Assembly (NCBI GenBank): GCA_943787795.1
Contig: CALSNU010000001.1
Location: 1,088,001 to 1,152,000, forward strand
Length of the DNA: 64,000 nt
Reading direction: 5' to 3'
Source of the DNA: an uncultured bacterium
Lineage (GTDB): Bacteria; Planctomycetota; UBA1135; GCA-002686595
This document shows positions 41,986 through 51,557 of the stretch, piece after piece. Made by a program: the position numbers and the translations under genes. Within the stretch, counting starts at the first letter, position 1; every line of letters starts with the position of its first letter. The notes below the pieces were generated by a model that saw only the letters and a program-made list of their open reading frames with translations, did not search any database and was not told where the DNA came from.

Positions 41986-44900
41986 ATGCCTTTCCCCGAC
42001 CCAGCCATACCCTCCAGGGGTCACCAGCCTCTGGGTGGTCCTCTGGGTGATCCTCTGGGTCAGCCTCCGGGCCAGCCTCCGTGCCAGCCTCACCCTCTGT
42101 CGGTGGGGGATGCCCAGCCCGGGCCCGGGGCGTCGGCTCGGCAGCCCTCAGGCGAGGAGGCCGAGGGCCCTCCTCTAGAGGACCACTCGGCCAGCAGCGA
42201 GGCCGCGGAGAACCAGCCACCGGAGGCAGAGGCCTCGGGGTCGGGATCCATGGCGACCGGCCTGACCCTGGCGACATTCGCCACGGTGATGGCCTTTGTC
42301 CTGGTCACCGTTTGCACCTTTGTGCTCAGCGAGAAGAGCGCCCTGCGGCGAGCGGATGCCGCGCACTTTGGCGCGCTCGTGGACCAGGCCACGCTCTCCA
42401 TGTCCGAGGACCTGGTCGGGGCCGCGATGGGGGATGAGCTGGTGGCGGACCGTCTCCGCCGATCCCTGCGGCAGGTCGCAGGCATCAGCGGCGTCCGCCG
42501 TGCTTCACTCATGGTGCCCGGGGTGGAGGAGGCGTGGACAGAACTCAGCCCCGAGTTCGAGGGCCGCCAGGGCGCCGAGCCGATCGCGCTGGATGGTCCT
42601 CAACGTCAGCTTGATCCGGACCGCCTGATCGTCAAGCGGACCTTCCGCGCGGCAGGGCAGGACCGGATCCAGGCGACGCTCTTCCTCGAGGCCGGTTATC
42701 CCGGCGTAGATCGCCGGATGCGCGATCTCATCGGGCTAGCGGGGCGCATCGTCGGGCTCTCGGCTCTCTTCCTCGCCTTCCTCCTCCCTGTGCTGACGAG
42801 GGTCTGCTTCCGTCCCCTGACCGAGATCGCCGAGGCCGCGCGGGTCGGGCTGGTCCCGGTTGAACCGACGCTCCCCAGCGAGCTACAGGCCATCGGCCGG
42901 CGTCTCGAGGACGACGCTGCGCTGATGTCGCAGCTCGCGGGAGAGCGTGATGAGGCCATGCGCGCGGCCCGGGCGGAGGTCGAGGAGAGTGAGTTCGCGG
43001 CAGCCCAGCTGCAGTCCCGGCTCACCGACGCGGTGAAGGAGGGGCGCCGTGGGCATCGCGCCAAGGAGGCGTTCGTGGCGAACATGAGCCATGAGGTGCG
43101 GACCCCCCTCCACTCGATTCTGGGGACGACCAGTCTGCTCGCGGAGACCGAGCTGGACGCGGAGCAGCAGGCCCTCGCGGATCGAGCGCTGGGTTCATCC
43201 AGGGCGCTCCTCTCGCTGGTCGACGACATCATGGAGCTGACCAGGTTCGACACCCGATCGATCGAGCTGGAGTCCGCCGCCCTTGATGCCGGGAGCCTCC
43301 TAGAGGAGGTCGCCGAGCTGTCTGCCGACCTGGCGGCGGCGAAGGGGCTGAGCGTGACCACCTACGTGGACCCCGATGTCCCGTATCGCCTCATGGGGGA
43401 TGAGGTTCGGATCCGTCAGGCCCTCATGCGCCTGGTCGATAACGCGATCAAGTTCACGGACTCTGGCGAGGTCACGCTCCAGGTGGCGACATCAACGGGC
43501 GAGGGTGGCTTCCCTGTCACCGTATTCAAGGTCTCGGATACGGGACTTGGGATCGATGACCGGGAGCGTGCGCGTCTCTTCCAGGCGTTCGAGCAGCTGG
43601 ACAAGTCGGACACCCGCAAGCACGGCGGCGTCGGCCTCGGGCTGGCCCTGGTGGCGCGGATCGCCCGCGCTGCGGGTGGTGAGATCAGGCTCGAGAGCCG
43701 CCAAGGGCATGGCTCGACCTTCACGCTGGCGCTGCCGCTGGAGCTGGGACCCCAGGCTGGGGACGGGGCGAGTCGCCGGCTCGAACCACGTCATCAGGGG
43801 GTCCGCGTGATGCTCGTGGACTCGAACCAGGAGGGCGCCGCGCTGCTTGCGCGAATGCTCGAGGAGAGCGGCGCCGAGGTTCAGATCGAGCACAGCGCAT
43901 ACAGCGCGTTCGAGTCGCTCCTTCAAGAGGGGCGTGACGTGGTGCTGGTCGACCCGCGTGTCACGGGGAGCGAGGCGCTGTTCGAAGCCGTGGAGCAGGG
44001 CGACGCGCGGGTCGAGATCAAGGTCGGCCTGATCACGCCTCCCAACGCGATCAGGAGCCAACTTCAACCAGCGTTCCGCGGCGCGCGCGCCTCGGCGCGG
44101 CGCCCGCTTTCACGGGGCGGGCTGCTCGAGCTGGTGGACAAGGCGCTGGGCCGGGAAGCTCAGGCGGAGAGCCCCAAGGCGACTGCCAAGCCCGAGAGCC
44201 TCATCAACACCGACATTCGCGGCCGCCTCCGGATCCTCCTCGTGGAGGACAACCAGGCGAACCAGCAGCTGGTGCAGTACCTGCTCGGCCGACGTGGCTA
44301 CAACGTTGACGTCGCGTCCAACGGGATGATCGCGGTGGAGGCCGCGACTCGAGTTCGCTACGACGCCATCTTGATGGACTGCCAGATGCCGGAGATGGAC
44401 GGGTATGAGGCCACCCGACGGATCCGTACGATCGAGAGAATGGACCGCCGCCGGACCCCGATCCTGGCCATGACGGCGAGCATCCTCGAGGGGGATCGCG
44501 ACAAGTGCCTTGAGGTTGGCATGGACGACACGATCGGCAAGCCCTTCCAGCCGAAGGAGATGATGGCCTGGCTTGAGCACTGGCTGCTCGCCGCATCGCG
44601 GGCGCGCCAGTCCGACGACCACGACGAGGACTTCGGTGTCCCCGTGGAGTCGAGGCCCAAGCCTCTCTCGGTGATGGAGGTCTTCGGCGCCACCGATGAG
44701 TCCGTGCTCGATGACGAGGGGGCCGAGGCTAGCGAGGATCAGGATCCGGCCCAGGATCCGGCCCAGGAGCCAGCCCAGGAGCCTGTCGGAGCGCTCCCCG
44801 GAGAGGGCGGCCCGGATGCGTCAGCGGGCAGCGGCCACTCATCGGTCACGTCCGGGGCTGCCGATGCCGCGTCTGGAAGCCTCGCCCCGGAGCGCAAGAC

Positions 44901-45282
44901 GCCCAACTTTACGGCGGTGACCGACATCCTTGATGTGAGCATCCTGGAGCCGCTCTTCGAGGACGAAGACGGTCGGGACCTGGCGCTCGAGCTCGTGGGG
45001 TCATTCCTCGACATGGCGCCAGCGCTGGTGAAGGACATGGAGGACGCCCTGGAAGAGGACGACCTCGAGGCTTGCGCGAGCGTGGCTCATCGCTTCGTGT
45101 CCACCAGCGGCACGGTCGGAGCGGTTCATCTTGCTCGCCTCCTGAAGCAGATCGAGGAGCAGGCCAAGGCCGGCAGCGCGGGCGATGCCGCCACGCTGCT
45201 CGTCACGTGTCATCAGCAGGTCGATCTCGCTGGGGAGGCGCTCCGTACGGCGCTCGCCGGCGAAGCGTCGTCCTCTCCGTGA
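41986..45282 (+). CDS. Membrane hybrid sensor histidine kinase (HisKA-HATPase-REC-REC-HPt); start may be 42250
   Basis: Two TM segments, H-box 'ANMSHEVRTPL', 'NAIKFT', 'DTGLGI', 'GGVGLGL', receiver 'ILMDCQMPEMDG..KPF', HPt-like 'AHRFVSTSGTVGA'. Confidence 0.93.
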   Translation: MPFPDPAIPSRGHQPLGGPLGDPLGQPPGQPPCQPHPLSVGDAQPGPGASARQPSGEEAEGPPLEDHSASSEAAENQPPEAEASGSGSMATGLTLATFATVMAFVLVTVCTFVLSEKSALRRADAAHFGALVDQATLSMSEDLVGAAMGDELVADRLRRSLRQVAGISGVRRASLMVPGVEEAWTELSPEFEGRQGAEPIALDGPQRQLDPDRLIVKRTFRAAGQDRIQATLFLEAGYPGVDRRMRDLIGLAGRIVGLSALFLAFLLPVLTRVCFRPLTEIAEAARVGLVPVEPTLPSELQAIGRRLEDDAALMSQLAGERDEAMRAARAEVEESEFAAAQLQSRLTDAVKEGRRGHRAKEAFVANMSHEVRTPLHSILGTTSLLAETELDAEQQALADRALGSSRALLSLVDDIMELTRFDTRSIELESAALDAGSLLEEVAELSADLAAAKGLSVTTYVDPDVPYRLMGDEVRIRQALMRLVDNAIKFTDSGEVTLQVATSTGEGGFPVTVFKVSDTGLGIDDRERARLFQAFEQLDKSDTRKHGGVGLGLALVARIARAAGGEIRLESRQGHGSTFTLALPLELGPQAGDGASRRLEPRHQGVRVMLVDSNQEGAALLARMLEESGAEVQIEHSAYSAFESLLQEGRDVVLVDPRVTGSEALFEAVEQGDARVEIKVGLITPPNAIRSQLQPAFRGARASARRPLSRGGLLELVDKALGREAQAESPKATAKPESLINTDIRGRLRILLVEDNQANQQLVQYLLGRRGYNVDVASNGMIAVEAATRVRYDAILMDCQMPEMDGYEATRRIRTIERMDRRRTPILAMTASILEGDRDKCLEVGMDDTIGKPFQPKEMMAWLEHWLLAASRARQSDDHDEDFGVPVESRPKPLSVMEVFGATDESVLDDEGAEASEDQDPAQDPAQEPAQEPVGALPGEGGPDASAGSGHSSVTSGAADAASGSLAPERKTPNFTAVTDILDVSILEPLFEDEDGRDLALELVGSFLDMAPALVKDMEDALEEDDLEACASVAHRFVSTSGTVGAVHLARLLKQIEEQAKAGSAGDAATLLVTCHQQVDLAGEALRTALAGEASSSP

Positions 45283-45368
45283 GACTCCGGCGGAGACCCA
45301 CCCGACGTGACCGCCAGGCCGCGGCGCGGCCATTGACTTCAGTCAGTGGCTCCAGCCAGTGACTCCCG

Positions 45369-45857
45369 TCAGCGCCTCTGGAAAAGGACCGCGGGGTCGG
45401 GGAGCAGCAAGACGTCACCGCTCTTGATGGCGTCGACGCTCTTCAGGTCGTTGTAGTCCGCCACCGCCTTGACGACCGACGAGAGGGGTCGGACCTCGTA
45501 GTGCGTCTGGCAGATCAGGCCCAAAGCGTCGTTGGGCTGGACGATGTAGCGCGCGTCCGAGGGGACCGGCCGGGGCTCGGGCGCCGGCGGGGCATCGATG
45601 ATGGGAGGAGGTGCCGGGACCAATGTTTCGGGGCGTCGGAGCGGCTCAGCGCCGCTGGGGCGGCCCAGGACCAGGAGGTCCCAGGCCTCGCCCTCAACCG
45701 TCGCGTCTGTCCCGGAGCCTGATCCCTCCACGGCGCCCCAGGCGTCCTCTCGGTCGGTGCCCGCAGGCGGGCGCAGGGGCCCGCTATTTCGACTCTGCCA
45801 CTCGCCGGCGAGGATCAGCAGCGCGCCGAGGATCAGGAGGGGGATGAGGGTTCGCAT
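45369..45857 (-). CDS. Exported or membrane-anchored LysM-domain protein
   Basis: Hydrophobic N-terminus; 'YIVQPNDALGLI...Y.........N.L...D.IKSGDVLLLP'. Confidence 0.8.
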   Translation of the reverse strand: MRTLIPLLILGALLILAGEWQSRNSGPLRPPAGTDREDAWGAVEGSGSGTDATVEGEAWDLLVLGRPSGAEPLRRPETLVPAPPPIIDAPPAPEPRPVPSDARYIVQPNDALGLICQTHYEVRPLSSVVKAVADYNDLKSVDAIKSGDVLLLPDPAVLFQRR

Positions 45858-46034
45858 GGGGAGACCGCCCCATTGTGGCGGACGAGTTCATTGTGGCGGT
45901 CGGGTGGGGATCGAATCCAGCCCCCACCCTCGCATGCGGCGTCCCTCCAGCTTGCCCCGGCCCTCAAATGGCTGCGGGGCGCCCCCTCCATCAAGGAAGG
46001 GGCGCCCCGCTTGGCTCCTCGAGCAGGGCCGCGA

Positions 46035-48971
46035 TCAGCTGGCCTCTGCGGCCTCGGCATCGGCCTCGCGGGCCATCCGGCGCTCCTCAAAGAGCAGCAG
46101 CGCGGGGCTCGCGACGAACATCGACGAGTAGGTTCCGACCACGACGCCGATGATGACCGCGAACGCGAAGCCCTCGAGGTCGTTCCTGCTACCGACGTTG
46201 AGCGCGAAGAGGATCGCCACGGAGAGGAGGGTCGTGACCGACGTGAGCAGCGTGCGGGCCAGGGTCTGGTTGATCGACTTGTCGATGATCTCGGAGAGGG
46301 CCCCTTTCATGCGCGGCCGGTTCTCGCGGATCCGGTCGAACACGACGATCGTGTCGTTCAGGGAGTAGCCGATGATCGTGAGGAAGGCCGCGATCATGAC
46401 CAGGGAGATCTGCGCGTTGATCAGGTTCGACTGGATCGCGAGCGCGAGGAAGCCGAGGGTGATCAAGACGTCGTGCACCAGCGCCACGACCGCCGCGAAG
46501 CCGAAGCTGTACTCGGCGAAGCGGAAGCGGATGTACATGACGATCACGAAGAGCGAGAGGATGATCGCGAGGATCGCGTCATCGCGCAGCTCTTGCACGA
46601 CCTGGGGGCCGACCGCCTCAGACTGGGGGATAGGCTGCGCGAGCTCGAAGGGCCGGCCGCCGGCATCCTTCCGGTTGGCGAAGGCGTCCACGATTCGCTG
46701 ACCGATCTTGGAGTCCGTGTCGGTCGATGAGCAGGTGAACGCGAAGGTCCGGTCGGCGTTGGAGTCTCCGCTCGTCGCGGTGACGGTGACCTCACCGAGC
46801 GCGGCGCCCGTGAGGGCCGCCTCGACGTCGGCGGCGCTGTGCTGCCCTTCGAAGTAGACGGTGCCCGATACCGAGCCTTCGCCACGGGGGTCGAATGTGA
46901 AGCGGTTCGGTGAGAGGATGTCGGCGAGCCCGGTCGCGACGAGCTCGCGGTACTGACTCGTGACGTCACGATCGGTCTCCGTTCCCTCCGCCTTGAATTC
47001 GAGCTGGAACTTTCGATAGCCCTCGCCCTCCTTGGAGTTGAGGAGGGGCTGCACCTTGGCGTCCTGGAAGATGTCGCCGAGGCCGGTAATCGCAGCGAGC
47101 ACGGCCTCTTGGGACTCGGGCGCTCGGGTGACGATTTGCATCGAGTTTCCGCCGAGGAAGTCGATGCTGTACTTGTCCACCTTCGGGAGGCTGGAGAAGA
47201 ACGCGACGCCGCCGCAGATGAAGAGCAGCGACACAACCGCCGTCTTCTTAGCGAGCTTCATGAAGCCGATGCTCGTGTCGTTCACGAGGCGCAGCATCTT
47301 CCACTCATCGACACCCTTCTCGACCGCGAAGTGGACGAGGACGCGGGTGAAGACGAGCGCCGAGAACATCGAGGTGACGATTCCGACGGACAGCGTCGTC
47401 GCGAAGCCCTGCACGGGGCCAGAGCCGAACTGGTACAGGATGATCGCGGTGAGGAGCGTGGTGACGTTGGCGTCGACGATGGTCGAGGTCGCGTTCTTGA
47501 AGCCGTCCACAGCGGCCTGCGCCGCGCGGCGGCCTCGCAGGAGCTCCTCGCGGATACGCTCGTAGATGAGGATGTTCGCGTCGACCGCCATGCCGACGGT
47601 GAGGATGATCCCCGCCACGCCGGGCAGCGTGAGCGTTGCCTGGAGCATGGCCATGCTGCCCATGAGCAGGACGAGGTTGAAGACCAGGGAGAACGAGGCG
47701 AACACCCCGAGGCGCCGGTAGTAGGCCGAGATGAAGGCGAGCACGGCAGCGAGGCCGATGAGCACGCTCAGGAGCCCACTCCGGACGTACTCGGCGCCGA
47801 GGGAGGCGCCGACCGTGGCGCGGTCCTCGAAGCGAGGCTCCAGGTCGAGAGAGCCGGAGTTGATGACCTGGACGAGGTCGGTCACCTGCGCCTGGGTGAA
47901 CCCGAAAGTGCCCCCAGTGATGATGCCGCCGCTGGAGAGAGGGGAGTTGAGCTGCGGATCAGTCACGATCTCGTTGTCGATGACGATTGCCATCTGTTCG
48001 CCCTCGTGCTCCGTGGTGAAGGCCTCGAAGTCATTCTGGCGCAGGAGCGCGATGTCGAAACCGACGGCGGGGGCGCCGTACTCGTCGTACGAGGGGAACA
48101 CCCTCGGGAAGTCACCGCCCGAGAAGAGCCAGTCTTCATTCTCCTCGACCACAAGCGCGACCAGGCGCTCGGCCAGAGTTCGGTCAGCGCCTTGATCCTG
48201 CTCGGGGAAGAAGCGGAGACGCGACAGGGGCTGCCCCGCGTTCTCCGCAGCCAGCATTCCGTTGTACTCGCTGATCTTCGCGACAGGGTTCGCCGTGGCC
48301 CACTCGCGGGCCTTGTCGGTCTCGACGGCCAGGTCGTAGGTCCCCGCCGCGTCGAGCGTGCTGGCGTGCATCATCACCTCGAGCCGGCCGGTGTTCTCGA
48401 TGAGCGCGCGCCAGGGGTCGCTCGCCTCCAGCGAGACGGCGGCGCCCGCGGGGAATGACCTCGCGGTGCTCCCGTCGGCGAAGGTCACCTCCTTGAGGCT
48501 CGACGCACCACGCCGCTGGTAGGCCAGCAGCTCGCCGTCGATCTTGATGCGACCCCCCGTGGGGAACTCTCCCTCCGTCATCGCGGCATCCAGCTGGAGC
48601 GCGGTGTCGTTCAGGTGGTCAAAGGGGGCGCTGAGGACCGAGTCCGCGTTCTGGGCGACCAGCGAGAGGTTGCCCGGGAGCTCAACGATGATGCGTTGCG
48701 CGCCGGACTTGCGCAGCTTCACGTCTCGCACTCCGTCGGGGTCGAGGCGCTCCCGCCAGATCGAGATCACCTCGCCGATCGCCTGGGCGTCGGTCTGGCT
48801 GGCGGGGATCTGCTTCGCCGCGCGCGCCGCGGCCAGGTCCACCGTGTAGGTGAGGCGAGTGCCACCCTGCAGGTCGAGTCCCAGGCGGAACGGGAGCAGC
48901 ATGAGGGCGATCACGGCGACCGCGAGGAAGCCGAAGATCAGGGTGAGCTTGCGGTTGAGGTTGTCGACCAT
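46035..48971 (-). CDS. secDF: Protein translocase SecDF fusion
   Basis: 'LGLDLQGG', 'VGASLG', 'TLTLPGVAGIILTVGMAVDANILIYERIREE', 'IDFLGG', 'VGPQV', 'GYSLNDTIVVFDRIREN'. Confidence 0.97.
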   Translation of the reverse strand: MVDNLNRKLTLIFGFLAVAVIALMLLPFRLGLDLQGGTRLTYTVDLAAARAAKQIPASQTDAQAIGEVISIWRERLDPDGVRDVKLRKSGAQRIIVELPGNLSLVAQNADSVLSAPFDHLNDTALQLDAAMTEGEFPTGGRIKIDGELLAYQRRGASSLKEVTFADGSTARSFPAGAAVSLEASDPWRALIENTGRLEVMMHASTLDAAGTYDLAVETDKAREWATANPVAKISEYNGMLAAENAGQPLSRLRFFPEQDQGADRTLAERLVALVVEENEDWLFSGGDFPRVFPSYDEYGAPAVGFDIALLRQNDFEAFTTEHEGEQMAIVIDNEIVTDPQLNSPLSSGGIITGGTFGFTQAQVTDLVQVINSGSLDLEPRFEDRATVGASLGAEYVRSGLLSVLIGLAAVLAFISAYYRRLGVFASFSLVFNLVLLMGSMAMLQATLTLPGVAGIILTVGMAVDANILIYERIREELLRGRRAAQAAVDGFKNATSTIVDANVTTLLTAIILYQFGSGPVQGFATTLSVGIVTSMFSALVFTRVLVHFAVEKGVDEWKMLRLVNDTSIGFMKLAKKTAVVSLLFICGGVAFFSSLPKVDKYSIDFLGGNSMQIVTRAPESQEAVLAAITGLGDIFQDAKVQPLLNSKEGEGYRKFQLEFKAEGTETDRDVTSQYRELVATGLADILSPNRFTFDPRGEGSVSGTVYFEGQHSAADVEAALTGAALGEVTVTATSGDSNADRTFAFTCSSTDTDSKIGQRIVDAFANRKDAGGRPFELAQPIPQSEAVGPQVVQELRDDAILAIILSLFVIVMYIRFRFAEYSFGFAAVVALVHDVLITLGFLALAIQSNLINAQISLVMIAAFLTIIGYSLNDTIVVFDRIRENRPRMKGALSEIIDKSINQTLARTLLTSVTTLLSVAILFALNVGSRNDLEGFAFAVIIGVVVGTYSSMFVASPALLLFEERRMAREADAEAAEAS

Positions 48972-49077
48972 TGGATCGGCTGGGGCGTTGCTCTCTCGAG
49001 CGGGGCGGCGGCGCGATGGCTGCGCTGCCTGGGTGTCCCGCGCGGGGGACAGGGGAGGGGAGAGGCCTTGGGCCTCG

Positions 49078-49197
49078 GTCGTCGCGTCTGGGAGTCAGTC
49101 GTCGCGTCTGGACGTCCGTCGGCGCGTCTGAAGGTCAGTCGTCGCGTCCTGCAGCCAGTCGTCGCATCAGGCAGCCAGTCGTCGCATCAGGAAGGCC
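49078..49197. repeat. 20-bp minisatellite with GTCGTCGCRTC core, 6 copies
   Basis: Tandem copies between rplS and secDF. Confidence 0.85.
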
Positions 49198-49253
49198 AGA
49201 GCGGCGCCGCCTTCCCGCTGAAGGGGGGGGCGGCGCCGCTCCGGGCGTCGGCG

Positions 49254-49694
49254 TCACTCGCCGTCTTCGCTCGAGGAGTCCTTGGCCGTGGAGGCCTGGG
49301 CGGTCCGGCGGACCTTCTCGGCCTCGCGCTCTGCCCGGACCTTCTCGCCGAGACGCTCCTTCGTACGGGTGGACTTGCCGACCCGGTCACGCATGTAGAA
49401 CAGCTTCGAGCGGCGCACGCGGCCGCGCTTGGTCACGCGGATGTCGTGGACTCGCGGGCTGTGGAGCGGGAACGTCCGCTCGACGCCCTCGCCCTGCACA
49501 ATGCGGCGGACCACCATGGTCTTCCGGATGCCGCGGCCCTGGACGGCGAGGACCAGACCCTTGAAGGTCTGGATTCGCTCCTTGTCTCCCTCGCGGATGA
49601 GGTAGTCGACCTCGACGTCGTCTCCGACGTTGATTCTCGGGAGGGCGCCGGCGGGCTTGCCGAGCTCTGACTCGATTTGATGGATGATGTTCAT
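49254..49694 (-). CDS. rplS: 50S ribosomal protein bL19
   Basis: 'GD.V.V...I.EGDKERIQ.F.G', 'GEGVERTFPLHSP', 'GRVRRSKLFYMRD'. Confidence 0.97.
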   Translation of the reverse strand: MNIIHQIESELGKPAGALPRINVGDDVEVDYLIREGDKERIQTFKGLVLAVQGRGIRKTMVVRRIVQGEGVERTFPLHSPRVHDIRVTKRGRVRRSKLFYMRDRVGKSTRTKERLGEKVRAEREAEKVRRTAQASTAKDSSSEDGE

Positions 49695-49860
49695 GGCTCT
49701 CGATGCGCGCCGCGACGTTGCGTCCGGCGCCGGCTCCATGGTGTCGGGCCGGGCTCACACGAGCGAGGCCACGGTCCCAGAGGGAGCGCTTGGGGTTTCA
49801 GGTTGTCGGACCAGCGCGCGGGCTGCGCGCTGTGGGCTTTGGGGGGGGCGGCCCTGAAGG

Positions 49861-50580
49861 TCAGGGCCGGTCGCGGTCGTCGGAGAGGTCCGGGCGACGC
49901 GAGGCGGTTCGGTCTTCACGCTGAGCTCGGCGCCAGGCCGAGATCTTCGAGTGGTCCCCGTCGAGCAGGACCCCCGGGACTTCCAGGTCCCGGTACACGC
50001 GCGGCCGCGTGTAGTGGGGGTGATCGAGTCCGCCGTCGGCAGCGTCCGTGAAGGAGTCTTCGAGGGCGGAGCGGCCGTCTCCGAGGACCCCGGGGATCAG
50101 GCGCGACACCGACTCGAGCAGGACGAGCGCGGGGAGCTCACCGCCAGCGAGCACGTAGTCGCCGATGGAGAGCCGCTCGAACTTGTGCAGCTCGAGGATG
50201 CGTTCATCGAATCCTTCGTAGCGTCCGCAAAGCAGGAGCACGGGTCGTGGTTCGGCGCCGCCCTCGGGCGGCACGACGAACTCCTCGACCATGCCCTGGG
50301 AGAGGGGCGCTCCGTCGGGGGTCAGCGCGATTCGGCGGTGGGGGCCAAAGCGCTGCTCGATCCACTCGATGGCCTCCGTGATAGGCTCGGGCTTGAGGAC
50401 CATGCCGGGCCCGCCGCCGAAGGGGCGGTCGTCCACCGTGCGGTGCCGGTCGCGAGCGAAGTCACGGAAGTTCACCGTGCGCGTGGTCAGAAGACCGCGG
50501 GCACGGGCGATCCCGAGAATGCCAACGTCCTGGTAGGACTCGATGGCCTCGGGGAAGAGCGTGAGGATGGAAAAGAGCAC
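49861..50580 (-). CDS. trmD: tRNA (guanine37-N1)-methyltransferase
   Basis: 'ILTLFPE', 'VDDRPFGGGPGMVL', 'CGRYEGFDER', 'SIGDYVL.GGEL', 'HYTRP'; GTG start at 50580. Confidence 0.97.
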   Translation of the reverse strand: MLFSILTLFPEAIESYQDVGILGIARARGLLTTRTVNFRDFARDRHRTVDDRPFGGGPGMVLKPEPITEAIEWIEQRFGPHRRIALTPDGAPLSQGMVEEFVVPPEGGAEPRPVLLLCGRYEGFDERILELHKFERLSIGDYVLAGGELPALVLLESVSRLIPGVLGDGRSALEDSFTDAADGGLDHPHYTRPRVYRDLEVPGVLLDGDHSKISAWRRAQREDRTASRRPDLSDDRDRP

Positions 50581-50760
50581 CGGAAGGCTCGGATAAAGGC
50601 CCAGCAGGGTAGTGCCGGGGCTCGCAGAGGTCAATATTCCTCCCTATACATGGGGCGGGTTGAGAGCCTCGTCCGGCCGGCCCAACCGGGGCGGTTGGGC
50701 CGGCCCTGCCTCCAGCCCGCCGCCCACGTCCCGTTTCTCCGCCTCCTCCCCACCAGCGCC

Positions 50761-51438
50761 ATGTTCACCGGTCTCGTCGAAGCCGCCGTCCCGATCCGCT
50801 CCTACGAGGCCGTCGGGACCGGTGCCCGGCTGATCCTCCCATCACCGGGGGTGGCCGATCTGGCCTTGGAGGCGACCCCCGGGGGCTGGGGGGCGAGTTC
50901 CTCGGAGGTCTGGAGCGCGTCGATAGGAGATAGCATCGCGGTCTCCGGCGCCTGCCTGACGGTGGCCGAGCTGCTCGAGCCCCCGGACGAGGCCGGATCC
51001 GCCGGGCCGGACATGGCCTTTGATCTGACCGCCGAGACTCTCGAGCGGACCTGGTTCCGCGGCCGCGCCGGCGCCGGAGTGGCGGTCAACGTGGAGCGAG
51101 CCCTGCGGGTCGGGGATCGCCTCGGCGGCCACATGGTCAGCGGGCACGTGGACACCCTGGGGAGCGCTGTGGGCCGCCGCGACGTGGGGGACGGTGGGGC
51201 CGTCTTCTCCTTCGAGGTGCCCGAGGGCTTCGAGCGCTACCTCGTGGACAAGGGCAGCATCACGATCGACGGGATCAGCCTCACCGTCGTCGACCCCCGC
51301 GAACGCCACTTCGACGTCGCGGTCATTCCTCACACCCTCGCTCGCACTCACCTCGCCCATGTCGCTCCCGGGGACCCGACTCACCTTGAGGCGGACCTGG
51401 TCGCCAAGTGGGTTGAGCGGTTGACGCCCCAGCCCTGA
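50761..51438 (+). CDS. ribE: Riboflavin synthase (alpha-chain type; ribE/ribC)
   Basis: N-terminal 'MFTGLVE', 'GDSIAVSGACLTV', 'VNVERAL', 'GGHMVSGHVD', 'KGSITIDGISLTV'. Confidence 0.95.
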   Translation: MFTGLVEAAVPIRSYEAVGTGARLILPSPGVADLALEATPGGWGASSSEVWSASIGDSIAVSGACLTVAELLEPPDEAGSAGPDMAFDLTAETLERTWFRGRAGAGVAVNVERALRVGDRLGGHMVSGHVDTLGSAVGRRDVGDGGAVFSFEVPEGFERYLVDKGSITIDGISLTVVDPRERHFDVAVIPHTLARTHLAHVAPGDPTHLEADLVAKWVERLTPQP

Positions 51439-51557
51439 GCCGCGCGCGCGGCCCAGGCGGGCGGAGCCGCTTCAGGGACTCAGAGCCCGCGGCAGCCGGG
51501 GATCAGAAGCCGCGGGAGCCGGGCGGCAGGAGCTGAGGAGGCCGAGGAGGCCGGGGA

